Of a stretch of 64,000 nt of DNA, positions 21,040 to 33,445 are shown one piece after another. Under the pieces are notes generated by a model. That model searched no databases and was not told the DNA's origin. It worked only from the letters and a program-made list of their open reading frames with translations. This DNA is from an uncultured Gemmatimonadales bacterium (GTDB lineage: Bacteria; Gemmatimonadota; Gemmatimonadetes; Longimicrobiales; RSA9), in contig OY970192.1 in NCBI GenBank assembly GCA_963708135.1, positions 1,600,001 to 1,664,000 on the forward strand. Reading direction: 5' to 3'. Both the position numbers and the translations under genes were made by a program. How positions within the stretch are numbered: position 1 is the first letter of the stretch; every line of letters starts with the position of its first letter.

Positions 21040-23794
21040 ACGGTCCGTCGGGAGCGGGCGAGGGAGCCGGGCTCGCGGACGCGTACCGCCGCGCTGCAGC
21101 GGCGGTGCTCAGCGCGCTGGCCTCGCGGCCGGATGGCCTGACGGAGGCCGAGGCGGCGGAGCGATTGGCGCGCGCGGGGCCGAACCGGCTCGAGGCGGCC
21201 GCGCCCGTGACCGCGTGGGCGGTGCTCGTCGCGCAGCTGCGCAGCATCGTCGTGCTGCTGCTGGTCGGCGCGGCCCTGGTGGCGCTGGGGCTCGGCGAGA
21301 GGGTGGAGGCGGCGGCGATCGCAGTGGTCCTCGCCATCAACACGGTCCTGGGATTCGCCACGGAGCTGCGGGCGCGCCGCGCCATGGAGGGGCTGCTGGG
21401 CCTCGAGACCCCGCGCGCGACGGTGGTACGCGAGGGGCTGGAGAGGGACATCGACGCGGCGGGCGTCGTGCCGGGCGACGTCCTCCAGCTGGAGGCGGGG
21501 GGCGGCGTGCCGGCCGACGCGCGCCTGCTCACTGCGACCGAGCTGCGCACGAACGAGGCGCCGCTCACGGGGGAGTCGCTTCCGGTGAGCAAGCGGCCGG
21601 ATGCGGACCTCGGCGCCGACGTGGCATTGGCCGACCGTACGACGATGGTCTACAAGGGCACCACCGTGGCGGCCGGCGTGGGACGGGCAGTGGTGGTGGC
21701 GACGGGGATGCGGACCGAGCTCGGGCGCATCGGCGGCCTCGTGGCATCGGTGGAGGAGCAGGCGCCGCCACTCGAGCGGAAGCTGGACGCGCTCGGCCGG
21801 CGGCTGGTATGGCTCACGCTCGGCATCGCCGGGGTGGTGACGGGGATCGGGGTGCTGCGGGGGCGGGCGCTCGGGGCGATGGTCGAGACCGGCATCGCCC
21901 TGGCGATCGCGGCGGTGCCGGAGGGGCTGCCCGCCGTGGCGACGATCGCGCTCGCGGTCGGGCTGCGGCGGATGGCGCGGCGCCGGGCGCTGGTCCGGCG
22001 GCTGCCGGCGGTGGAGGCGCTGGGCTCGACGACCGTCGTCTGCACGGACAAGACGGGGACGCTGACGGCCGGCGAGATGACCGTGACGGTGCTCTCGGTG
22101 GCCAGCGGGCGGGTAGAGGTTACGGGGGTGGGCTACGGTCCCGAGGGGCGGCTGCAGCGCGCGGGCGAGCAGCTCGATCCGGCGCGGGATGCCGGCGTGC
22201 GGGCGGCGCTGCGCACGATGCTGCTGGCCAGCCGGGCGGACGTGCGACTCGTCGAGGGGGGCTGGCGCGCGCAGGGGGACCCCACGGAGGCGGCGCTCGT
22301 GGTGCTGGCGCGGAAGGCGGGGCTGACGCGCACGACGCAACTGGCGGAGGCGCCGCAGGAGGCGGAGCTGCCGTTCTCGAGCGAGCGCCGGCTGCTGGCG
22401 TCCTTCCACCGGGAGGGTGAGCGGCTGGTGGCGCACGTGAAGGGGGCTCCCGGCGCGGTGCTCGGGCGCTGCGACCGCTGGCTCGCGGAAGAGGGCGAGC
22501 GGCCGCTCGAGGAGGGGAGGCGCCGACTCCTCAAGGAGGAGAACGACCGCCTGGCGGCGGAGGGCCTGCGCGTGCTCGGCCTGGCCTCGGGGGCGGTGCA
22601 GGAGGCCTCGGAGACGGGGCTGCGCGGCCTGGTGTTCGTCGGTCTCGTCGGTCTCGTGGATCCGCCCGCGCCGGGCGTCCGCGAGACGATCGGGAAGCTG
22701 CGCACGGCGGGCATCCGCACGGTCATGGTCACGGGCGACCAGCGCGGCACGGCTGAGGCGATCGCGCGCGACCTCGGGATGCTCGGCCCGGCGGATGAGA
22801 CGCTGGACGGGCGCGAGCTGCTCCGGCTGGGCGAGGGCGAGCTGCGCGAGCGGGTGGCGCGCGTGGGCGCCTTCAGCCGGGTCACGGCGGAGGACAAGCT
22901 GGCGATCGTGGAGGCGCTCCAGGGGCGGGGCGAGGTGGTGGCGATGCTGGGCGACGGCGTGAACGACGCGGCCGCGCTCAAGCGGGCGGACGTCGGAGTC
23001 GCCATGGGCGGGCGGGGCACGGACGTGGCCCGGGAAGTGGCGTCGGTCGTGCTGCAGGACGACCGCTTCCCCACGATCGCGGCGGCGGTCGAGGAAGGGC
23101 GGGTCATCTATGACAACATCCGCAAGTTCCTCTTCTACCTATTCAGCTGCAACCTCGCCGAGGTGCTGGTGCTGTTCGCGGCGGCGCTGGCGTCGCTGCC
23201 GCTGCCGCTGCGGCCGCTCCAGATCCTGTGGCTGAACCTGGTGACGGACACCTTCCCCGCCCTGGCCCTCGCCCTCGAGCCGCGTGAGCCAGGCGTGATG
23301 CAGCGGCCTCCACGCGACCCGGCGCGCGGCCTGCTCTCGGGGGCCTTCATCCGGCGCATCCTCCTCTTCTCGGCGCTCATCACGGCCGGCACGCTGGCCG
23401 CGTTCGGGTGGGGGCTGGCCGAGTCGGGGGGGACGCGAACGAGGCGGTGACGCTCAGCTTCATGACGCTCGCGCTCGCGCAGCTCTTCCATCTCGGCAAC
23501 GCCCGCAGCCGGCTGCCGGTGCTGAGGCCGCAGCGCGTGCTGGCCAATCCGTACGCGCTGGCCGCGCTCGCGCTCGTCCTCGTGCTCCAGGTGCTGACGG
23601 TGTCGTGGGCGCCGCTGCGCGGGCTCTTGCGGCTGGCGCCGATGAACGGCACGGAATGGGGCGTCGTGCTCCTGCTCTCGCTCGTGCCCGCGGTGGCGGG
23701 ACAGCTGCTGTCCTGGCTTCGGGCGCGCCGGCCCCAGCGGAGACAGGCCGAGGGCGGGAGCGACGAGGCGCCGGCCGCCGGCGCCCGGCGCTGA
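21036..23794 (+). CDS. P-type cation (Ca2+-type, P2A) ATPase, frameshifted at a G7 run (23426-23432)
   Basis: TGES, PEGLP, DKTGT, KGAP, TGD, GDGVNDA, QILWLNLVTD. The last helices (AVTLSFMTLALAQLFH...) are in ORF 23408..23794. Confidence 0.9.
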
Positions 23795-23951
23795 GCCTCA
23801 GAGCACCCTTCCCCGCCGCGCCGCCAGGCCGCATCTTGGCGGCGCCCCCATCGAAACGCCGCCCGCCGGCGGCCCACGAACGCGTTCGGGCGCCGTGCGC
23901 CCGGACCTCCCGACCACGCCGCCCCCGGGCGGCCCTCAGGCGAGGAGGACC

Positions 23952-24797
23952 ATGGCCTCATCCGCCTCCAACCGGACGCAGGTCGCCACGTACCTCGGGA
24001 TCGTGCTGGGCACGAGCGCGATCTTCTGGTGGCTCATCATCTCGGGAGGCAGCCTGGCGGGACACGGCGGCCTGTACGTGCTCGGGCTCATGTGGTGCCC
24101 GGGCGTGGCCGGGCTGACCACCCGGCTGGCGTACCAGGGCAACCTGAAGGGCCATGGCTGGGGCTGGGGCGGGACGCGCTGGCAGCTGCTGGCCTACGCG
24201 CTGCCGATCGCCTACGCCGCGGCCGTCTACGGGATCGTCTGGCTGACCGGCACCGGCGCGCTGGACCTCTCCCGGTTCGGCACGCCGTGGCTGCGCTTCA
24301 TCTTCGTCGGCTCGGCGCTGAGCTGCACGTCCGCGCTGGGCGAGGAGCTCGGCTGGCGCGGCTTCCTGGTGCCGAAGCTGGCCGAGATGACCACCTTCAC
24401 CCGGACGGCGCTGCTCAGCGGCGCGATCTGGACGCTGTGGCACGTGCCGCTGATCCTCTTCGCCGACTACAACGGCGGCACTCCCGGCTGGTACTCGGTG
24501 GCGTGCTTCGCCGTGATGGTGGTCGGGATCAGCTTCGCCTTCGCGTGGCTGCGGCTCCGCTCCGGCAGCGTCTGGACCGGGATGCTCATGCACGCGAGCC
24601 ACAACCTGTGGATCCAGGGCTTCTTCGACCGGGTCACCGTGGACACCGGGCCGACGAAGTGGCTGATCGGGGAGTTCGGCGCCGGACTCGCCTTGGCGGC
24701 CGTCGTCGTGGCGCTCGTGTTCTGGCGGTTGCGGGACCGGCTGCCCGGCAGGGCGGCGGCGGCGCCGCGCGCCGAGGCCGAGCCGCAGCCGGCCTGA
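23952..24797 (+). CDS. CPBP (CAAX/Abi) family intramembrane metalloprotease
   Basis: GEELGWRGFL, WTLWHVP, HASHN. GAGGAGG RBS. Confidence 0.93.
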   Translation: MASSASNRTQVATYLGIVLGTSAIFWWLIISGGSLAGHGGLYVLGLMWCPGVAGLTTRLAYQGNLKGHGWGWGGTRWQLLAYALPIAYAAAVYGIVWLTGTGALDLSRFGTPWLRFIFVGSALSCTSALGEELGWRGFLVPKLAEMTTFTRTALLSGAIWTLWHVPLILFADYNGGTPGWYSVACFAVMVVGISFAFAWLRLRSGSVWTGMLMHASHNLWIQGFFDRVTVDTGPTKWLIGEFGAGLALAAVVVALVFWRLRDRLPGRAAAAPRAEAEPQPA

Positions 24798-24869
24798 GCG
24801 GCCCGGCGGCGGCCGCAGGCGACGCACGGACCGGAGCGGAGGTCGCCGCGCGCCCGGCGCATCCGCGGC

Positions 24870-26288
24870 TCAGCCGGCCGGCCGCCGCCGCCAGAAGAGG
24901 AACACCGGGACGCCCGCGCCGATGAGCACGGCGCCGATCAGCGCGTTGGCGGGGTTCGACCAGACGGAGCTCGCCACGACGTAGGCGGCGGCGGCCACGA
25001 AGACGGCGGGGATCCAGGGGTAGCCGAAGGTACGGAAGCCAGGGGTCTGCGACCCTCCGCTCCGGGCTCGGTCCGCCTCGCGGCGGCGGTAGACGAAGAG
25101 CGTGGAGACCACGAGGCCGAAGAAGATCCAGTCGCCGAAGACGACGTAGTCGAGGAGCTGCCCGTACGTGCCGCTCAGCAGCAGCGCGATCGACCACGCC
25201 GCCTGGAAGAGGAGCGCGCCGGCGGGGGTGCGGTAGCGGGGGTGCAGGCGGGCGGCCCAGCGGAAGAAGAGGCCGTCGCCGGCCATGGCCTGGTAGACGC
25301 GCGGCGAGACCAGGATCACCAGGTTCAGGAAACCGAAGGCGGACGCGACGATGCCCCACCCGATGAGCGTCCCGCCCGTCGCGCCCAGCGTGGCGCGCAT
25401 GGTCTCGGACGCCGGCGCGAGGCTCGCGGCGAGGCGGGGCGCGCCGAGCGTGGTCAGGTAGGCGACGTTGGCGAGCACGTAGACGCTCACCACGATGACC
25501 ACGCCGAGCAAGAGCGCGCGCGGCAGGTTGCGGCGCGGCTCCACGATCTCCTCGGCCACGAAGTTGGCCTGTTGCCAACCGCCATAGCTGAAGAGGACGG
25601 GGATCAGCGCCGCGCCGAAGGCGGCGATGAGGCCCACGCCGGCCGCCGGCGGGCGGGCCGGAGCCGCGGCGCGGGCGGACGTCGCGCTCGCGGGAAGGCC
25701 GGCGGCGACGTGCGCGCCGCCGAGCAGCGCCCCGGCCGCGAAGGCGGAGAGGATCAGCGCGGCGAGTGCCACCAGCTTCAGGATGGTCAGGACGTTCTGC
25801 GTGGTCGCGCCGGGCCGCACGCCCACGTAGTTCACGGCCGTGAGCACCAGGATCGCGGCAATGGCGAGCGGGTCCACGGCCGCGGCGCCGAGATGGAGCG
25901 CGTCGGCCGCATAGCGGGCGAAGGTCACGGCCACGGCGGCGATGGCGCCGGTGGCGATGACGAGCAGGAGCGTCCAGCCGTAGAGGAAGCCGGGGAGCGG
26001 GCCGAAGGCGTCGCGCAGGTAGACGTAGCCGCCGCCGGCGGCGGGGCGGCGGGCGCCGAGCTCGGCGAAGCAGAGCGCGCCGATGAGGGCGATGACGCCG
26101 CCGGCGATCCAGGCACCGAGGATCCAGGCGGGCGTGGGGAGGCGCTGCGCGACGATGGCGGGGTTCAGGAAGATGCCGGCGCCGATGATGCCACCCACGA
26201 CGATCATCGTGCCGTCGAAGAGGCCGAGCCGGCGGGCGTAGCCGGTGTCGCAGGGGGCGTCGGACTCCGTGGCGCGGGCGCTACTCAT
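24870..26288 (-). CDS. APC family amino acid permease (LAT-like)
   Basis: GGIIGAGIF, FAELG, GGGYVYL, FSYGGW, P..NLPRA and about 12 hydrophobic segments. Confidence 0.92.
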   Translation of the reverse strand: MSSARATESDAPCDTGYARRLGLFDGTMIVVGGIIGAGIFLNPAIVAQRLPTPAWILGAWIAGGVIALIGALCFAELGARRPAAGGGYVYLRDAFGPLPGFLYGWTLLLVIATGAIAAVAVTFARYAADALHLGAAAVDPLAIAAILVLTAVNYVGVRPGATTQNVLTILKLVALAALILSAFAAGALLGGAHVAAGLPASATSARAAAPARPPAAGVGLIAAFGAALIPVLFSYGGWQQANFVAEEIVEPRRNLPRALLLGVVIVVSVYVLANVAYLTTLGAPRLAASLAPASETMRATLGATGGTLIGWGIVASAFGFLNLVILVSPRVYQAMAGDGLFFRWAARLHPRYRTPAGALLFQAAWSIALLLSGTYGQLLDYVVFGDWIFFGLVVSTLFVYRRREADRARSGGSQTPGFRTFGYPWIPAVFVAAAAYVVASSVWSNPANALIGAVLIGAGVPVFLFWRRRPAG

Positions 26289-28804
26289 TCCAGGCGATGC
26301 GCGGGCATTCCGTGGGCACAATCGCCTCGGAATGCGCGGGAACGACGCGGGCGGTAAAGTCGCGCGCGGGTCGCGAGGCGGGGAGCGTCGCCTGATAGAC
26401 GGCGCCGTGGACGGCGCCGGGCAGGGCGCCGGCGTGGGTCAGCGGGACGCGCTGTGCGGGGTGCTCGCCGGCGGCGTCGGCGTAGAGCTCGACGGCCACG
26501 TCGTCGGGACGGATGTCGCCGAGGTAGACCTGGGCGGTGAAGCACCAGTGGCCGTCGCGCTCGGCGGCGCCGACGTTGCCGAAACGGATCTCGTGCCAGT
26601 CGCGCTCGAGGCGGTTCTCCCACTCGCGCAGCTCGGCCACACGGGCGGCGCCATCGGCCTGGCGCCGGCGGATGGCCGCGGCGGCGGGCAGATAGAGGCG
26701 CTCGGTGTACTCGCGCACCATCCGGTTGGCGCTGAACTGGGGGGCGAGGACGGCCATGCTGACGCGCATGCGCTCGACCCAGGGGCGGGGCAGGCCGTCG
26801 TCACCGCGGGTGTAGAACTCGGGGACGACGGAGCTCTCCAGGATGTGGTAGAGCTGCTCGGCCTCCAGGGCGTCCACGTCGGGGCCGGTGCCCGCGAGGG
26901 AGGCGCCGAGAGCCCAGCCGGCATCGGGGCGGAATGCCTCCGCCCACCAGCCATCCAGCTCCGAGACGTTGAGGCCGCCGTTCACGAGCACCTTCATCCC
27001 GCTCGTGCCGCTGGCCTCGAGGGGGCGGCGCGGCGTGTTGATCCGAGATGTCGACGCCGCGCACGAGCTCCTGCGCCATGCGCATGTCGTAGTCCTCCAG
27101 GAAGACCACGTGGCCGCGCACGCGCGGGTCGCGCGAGAACTCGACCCACTCCCCCACCATCGAGCGGCCCAGCGGGTCGGCCGGGTGGGCCTTGCCGGCC
27201 ACCACGATCTGCACGGGACGGTGGGGATCGGAAAGCAGGCGGGCGAAGCGGTCGCGGTCGCGCAGCAGCATGGTCGGGCGCTTGTACTCGGTGATGCGGC
27301 GGGCGAAGCCGAGCGTCAGGGCGTTCACGTCGAAGACGTGGCGGGCCGCCTCGATGCGCTCGCGGGGGACGCCGTGGTAGCCGAGCTGGCGGGCCAGCCG
27401 GCGCCGCACGTACTCGACCAGCGCCCGCCGCGACTCCGCACGCAGCGCCCAGAGCGCCTCGGCATCGACCTCGGAGAGCGCCTCGATGACGCCCGCCAGC
27501 GTGCCGCGCCAGCGCTCCTTGCCCGCGGCCTTCTCCCAGAGCCGATCCGCGGCCGGCGAGTCCCACGTGGGGACGTGCACGCCGTTCGTCACGTACGTCA
27601 CGGGCACCTCCCGCTCCGGCCAGCGCGGGAAGAGGCCCTGGAAGAGGCGGCGGCTGACGGCCCCGTGCAGCCGGCTCACGCCGTTCGCGGCGCCCGAGCC
27701 GCGCAGCGCGAGATAGGCCATGTTGAAGGACTCTTCGCGGTCGGTCGGATCCTTCCGTCCGAGCGCCAGGAACTCCTGGACGCGCAACCCCAGCCCGGCC
27801 ACGTAGTCGCGCAGCACGGGCTCGTAGCGATGGATCAGGTCCGTGCCGTACACGTCCATCCCGGCCGGCAGCGGTGTGTGGGTCGTGAAGATGTTGCCGG
27901 GGCGGGTGGCCCAGAGCGCGTCGCGGAAGTCGCCGCCGTTCCTGCGCATGTAGCCGCGCGCGCGCTCGACCAGCGCGAAGGCCGCGTGGCCCTCGTTCAG
28001 GTGGAGCACCTCCGGGTCGCGGCCGAGCGCCTCGAGCGCGCGCCAGCCGCCCACGCCGAGCACGATCTCCTGCAGGATGCGCATCTCCTGGCTGCCGCCG
28101 TAGAGCGTGCCCGTGATGCCGCGGTCGGCCGGGCTGTTGGCCGGGTCGTTGGTGTCGAGCAGGATCAGCTCGACGCGGCCGACCTGCGCGCGCCAGAGGC
28201 GGATCTGGAGGATGCGGCCGGGCAGGATGAGGGGGACGTGGAGCCAGCCGCCCTCCGGCCCGAGCACCGGCTGGACGGGCAGCCCCGACGGGTCGTTGAA
28301 CGGGTAGGCCTCGCCCTGCTCGCCCTCCGGCCCGAGGACCTGCCGGAAGTAGCCCTGATGGTAGAGCAGGCCCACGCCCGTGAGGGGGACGCCCAGGTCG
28401 CTGGACGCCTTCAGGTGGTCTCCGGCCAGCACGCCCAGGCCACCGGCGTACAGCGGCAGCGCCTCGCCCAACCCGAACTCCATCGAGAAGTAGGCGACGC
28501 CGCCCAACTCGCCCGCGTGCGTGCGCCCGAACCAGCCGGGGTCCGCCAGGTGCGCCCGCCGCTCGTCATCGAGCCGGCGGAGCTCCTCCATCCATTCCGG
28601 GTCGCCGGCCATCTCCTCCAGCCGGCGCCGGTCGATCTCCTGGACCAGGACCCAGGGGTTCTCGAGCTGCTCCCAAGCGCGCGGCTCCAGCTGCCGCCAG
28701 AGCGGGTCCGCGGCGTGGCTCCAGGTCCAGCGTAGATCGAGCGCCAGCGCCGCCAGAGGCCGAAGCGCCTCGGGTAGCTCCAGCGGGATGTACGACCCGT
28801 ACAT
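26281..28804 (-). CDS. glgP: Alpha-glucan (glycogen/maltodextrin) phosphorylase, frameshifted by a 1-base insertion near 27045
   Basis: [34 protein letters not shown]. The PLP-site motif EASGTSGMK is reached only after a frame change. Confidence 0.93.
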
Positions 28805-28955
28805 GGCTCCCTTTCGAGTGGGTCTCGCGGCGCGGCGCGGCTCTGCTCCGGGCTGGTCGGCCGCGCGGAATCCGGTAGTCTCGCGGTGGCCCCCGATCGA
28901 TGCAAGCGCTACACCGCCTCTTGACGCGGTCGGGCGCGCCCGCTCGATTCCCCCG

Positions 28956-29986
28956 ATGCCTCCACCCTCCCATCGCCGCCGGAACGCCCTCACAGGCGAG
29001 TGGGTCCTCGTCTCGCCGCAGCGGCTGGAGCGGCCGTGGCGGGGACGCATCGAGGCGACGGCCGCGGAGGGCGCCCCCAGCTACGATCCGGCCTGCCCGC
29101 TCTGTCCCGGCAACCGCCGCGCGAGCGGCGCCGTGAACCCCGCCTACACCGGCACCTACGCCTTCGACAACGACTTCCCCGCCCTCCTGGCCGAGACGGA
29201 CGGCGCACCCCCCGACGCGGATTCGGAGCTGCTCCGAGCGGTCCCGGAGTCGGGCGTCTGCCGCGTGCTCTGCTTCTCCCCGCGCCACGACCTCACCCTC
29301 GCGGGAATGACGCACGCGGAGCGACGGGCGGTGGTCGAGCTGTGGGTGGAGGAGACGCGGAGCCTGGGGGCGCGCCCCGGCATCGACGCGGTCCAGATCT
29401 TCGAGAACCGCGGCGCGCTGATGGGGTGCAGCGATCCGCACCCGCACGGGCAGGTGTGGGCGCAACGCACGGTGCCGGTCGAGCCGGCGCGCGAGGGACG
29501 GCGCCTGGGCGAGCACTATGCCGCCCACGGAAGGACCCTGCTGGAGGACTACCTGGCGGTGGAGCGGGGACGCGCGGAGCGGATCCTCCTGGAGAACGAC
29601 CGCTTCACCGCGCTCGTGCCCTTCTGGGCCGCGTGGCCGTTCGAGACGCTCGTGGTGCCGCGGCGGCCGGCGCCGGAGCTGACCGGCCTCGGCCCCGACG
29701 AGCGCGACGCGCTGGCCGACGTGCTCGGGCGGCTGACCGCCTGCTACGACGCCCTGTTCGCGACATCGTTCCCCTACTCGGCGGGCGTGCACCAGGCGCC
29801 CACCGACGGTCGGCCGCACCCCGAGTGGCACCTCCACCTCCACTTCCTGCCCCCCCTCCTGCGCTCGGCAACGGTGCGAAAATTCATGGTAGGTTACGAG
29901 ATGCTGGCGGAGCCCCAGCGCGATCTCACGCCCGAGACCGCCGCCGCCCGGCTGCGCGAGGCCGCGGACGCCGCGGGGGTGCGCAC

Positions 29987-29990
<4 letters not shown>
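28956..29990 (+). CDS. galT: Galactose-1-phosphate uridylyltransferase
   Basis: [54 protein letters not shown]. Confidence 0.96.
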
Positions 29991-31261
<1,271 letters not shown>

Positions 31262-31344
31262 CCCGGGCCCGGAACCGCAGCGTGCCCGACACACGCAAGT
31301 ACGGGCCTGGAGTGGGGTTGGGATTCGTCGCTTGAAGCTATGTC

Positions 31345-31998
31345 TCAACCGCCTCCCGGCGCGCCGGAGGACGAGGCCGGATGCGACACCGGGTCGGGCT
31401 CGGCCAGCAGCCGGTCCACCGCCTCGGCCAGCGCTGGCTCCGCGAACATGCCGCGGATCACGTAGCGCACCGTGCCGGCGCGGTCGATCAGGTAGGAGGT
31501 GGGAAGCGCGCTCGGCTCCACGATGCCGCGCAGCCGCGCGGCCGAAGCCATCCCTACCGGGTAGGTGATGCCGTGCTGCTCCACGTAGCGGCGAACATCA
31601 CCGCTCGCCCCGACATCCGCCGCGAGGCCCAGGACCGTGAACCCACGGTCCCGCTTGTCCCGGTATACGCGCTCGAACCCCGGCATCTCGAAACGGCACG
31701 GCGGGCACCACGTGGCCCAGAAGTTCACCAGCACGACCCGGCCCCGCAGCGACGCGAGCGTCACCTGCCCATCAGACAACGTGTTCACGGCTACCCAGGT
31801 CGAGCCGTCCGCCGGCGGCGGCCGGAGCGCCCCCGCCTCGTGGGCGATACCGGTCGCCGCGGCCACCTGCGGCCACAGGCGCGTGCCCACGAAGCCGAGC
31901 AGGAGGGCCCAGAACGCCAGCTCAGCGCCGCGCCGGAGCGCCCTCGAGCGACGCTCCCGCCGATCCCGCGCCTCGCGCCGCGAACGCCGGCCGCTCAC
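31345..31998 (-). CDS. TlpA/ResA family membrane-anchored thiol-disulfide reductase
   Basis: N-terminal TM helix, LVNFWATWCPPCRFEMP, LPTSYLID. Confidence 0.92.
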   Translation of the reverse strand: MSGRRSRREARDRRERRSRALRRGAELAFWALLLGFVGTRLWPQVAAATGIAHEAGALRPPPADGSTWVAVNTLSDGQVTLASLRGRVVLVNFWATWCPPCRFEMPGFERVYRDKRDRGFTVLGLAADVGASGDVRRYVEQHGITYPVGMASAARLRGIVEPSALPTSYLIDRAGTVRYVIRGMFAEPALAEAVDRLLAEPDPVSHPASSSGAPGGG

Positions 31999-32459
31999 GC
32001 CGGCGCCCGCTGCCCGGCCTCCAGCAGCGCCTCCACCCGCGCCCGCGGAACCACGCCCACCTCGCGCCCCACCTCCACCCCGCCCCGGAACACCACCAGC
32101 GTCGGGATGCCGCGGATCATGTAGCGCTGTGCCGTGGCCGGGTTCGCGTCCACGTCCAGCTTGGCCACCAGCACCTCGCCCTTCCAGTCCCGCGCCAGCT
32201 GGTCCAGTACCGGCGCCATGTAGCGGCACGGCATGCACCAGTCGGCCCAGAAGTCCACCACCACCGGCACGCCGCTTTCCGCGATCACCCGCTCGAACGT
32301 CGCGTCGCTCACCTGCACCGGCCGATCCAGCGCCAGCGGCCGCCCGCACTCGCCGCACTTGGGGCCCTCCTCCAGCCGCTCCAGCGCCACGCGGTTCAGC
32401 CGCCCGCAGAACGGACAGCCCACCGTGGCGTGCCGCCTCTCCTCTCCCCTCGCGCTCAT
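31995..32459 (-). CDS. trxC: Thioredoxin with N-terminal zinc ribbon (TrxC/Trx2 type)
   Basis: CPFC...CGEC zinc ribbon, VVDFWADWCMPC, IRGIPT. Confidence 0.88.
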   Translation of the reverse strand: MSARGEERRHATVGCPFCGRLNRVALERLEEGPKCGECGRPLALDRPVQVSDATFERVIAESGVPVVVDFWADWCMPCRYMAPVLDQLARDWKGEVLVAKLDVDANPATAQRYMIRGIPTLVVFRGGVEVGREVGVVPRARVEALLEAGQRAPA

Positions 32460-32593
32460 CGCTCGCTCCGATCCGAACCGTTTGAGGGACGCCTCCCCCG
32501 GAAGTCGCGCCCCGGGCGGCGCGTGTTTTCCCCGGCGGCGCCGCCTTGCGCCGGCCGCGCGCGTGCGGCACCGTTGAGCGTGGGTCGTAGCGC

Positions 32594-32619
32594 ACTATAT
32601 AACTACTTAACGATACAGT
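32594..32619. promoter_or_regulatory. Putative ArsR/SmtB 12-2-12 operator overlapping divergent promoters
   Basis: AT-rich imperfect inverted repeat ACTATATAACTA-CT-TAACGATACAGT (8 of 12 pairs) directly upstream of the ArsR gene. Confidence 0.6.
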
Positions 32620-32636
32620 CAAGAGCGGAGCCCACC

Positions 32637-32969
32637 GTGCAGTACCCGCTGCCACCCGAGCTGCTGAAGGTCCTGGCCGAGCGATTCCGCCTGCTGGGCG
32701 AGCCGACGCGTCTGGCGATCCTGAGCGCGCTGCGCGCAGGGGAGAAGACGGTGTCGGAGCTGCAGGAGGAGACGGGGCTGGGGCAGGCGAACCTGTCGAA
32801 GCACCTGCAGCTGCTGCACGGGCAGCGGTTCGTGCAGCGGCGCAAGGAGGGGCTGTACGTGTTCTACCGGCTGGCGGGCGAGGACGTGTTCCGGCTGTGC
32901 GACATCATGTGCGGTCGGATCGCGGAGGAGTCGGAGGAGAGGCGCCGGCTGGTGGACGACGCTCTCTGA
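32637..32969 (+). CDS. ArsR/SmtB family transcriptional repressor
   Basis: FRLLGEPTRLAIL, TVSEL, QANLSKHL, RRKEG..VFY. C-terminal CDIMC. Confidence 0.92.
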   Translation: MQYPLPPELLKVLAERFRLLGEPTRLAILSALRAGEKTVSELQEETGLGQANLSKHLQLLHGQRFVQRRKEGLYVFYRLAGEDVFRLCDIMCGRIAEESEERRRLVDDAL

Positions 32970-33133
32970 GCGAAGGGGTCGGCGGCTGCCACGGCGTGGT
33001 CGTCGCAGCCTTGCGCGGCGTGGCGCGAGCGGGCCCGGGGCCGGGCAGCCGGGCACGATTTATCGCACGCACGCACGCGCGCACACGCGGCCGAACGCGG
33101 GGCGCTCGGCATGCGGGGGCCGCGCCGCCGGGC

Positions 33134-33445
33134 TCATCCCCCCGGGGCGGGCGTGATGATGGCCAGGAAGCGGAGTCCCTCCTCCCCGGCGGTGATGCCG
33201 TGCTTCTCGCCGGGCTGGTAGGCGGCGGTCTGGCCGGCGGCGAGACGGGCCTCGTCGCCATCTCCGATGAAGATGCCCTGGCCGCTCACGACGTGGAGGA
33301 TGACGCTCGAGGCGCTGCGGTGCGGGGCCACGACCTGGGCAGGCCGGAGGGTGAAGGCGACGATGCGTGCGTCGCGGGCGTCGTGGAGGATCTCGCTGGC
33401 GGGGCGGTCCTGCCGGGGCTCGGGTCCGGCTGCGAGGACTTTCAT
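33134..33445 (-). CDS. Small cupin-domain protein
   Basis: From MKVLAAGP after a CAGGAGG RBS. ARIVAFTL...PH...HVVSGQG...PGEKHG cupin pattern. Confidence 0.8.
   Translation of the reverse strand: MKVLAAGPEPRQDRPASEILHDARDARIVAFTLRPAQVVAPHRSASSVILHVVSGQGIFIGDGDEARLAAGQTAAYQPGEKHGITAGEEGLRFLAIITPAPGG

Noticed and set aside
29410..29460. GalT motif [10 protein letters not shown] instead of GCSNPHPHGQ
   Set aside because: A single conservative change with the catalytic HPH intact, so there is no basis for claiming altered function.
31345..32459. TrxC or TlpA as selenoproteins
   Set aside because: Both active sites use ordinary Cys codons and neither gene has an in-frame TGA.
33050..33070. Possible sigma54 promoter GGCACGATTTATCGC
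   Set aside because: GG-GC spacing is off by one, and the site lies between convergent genes.
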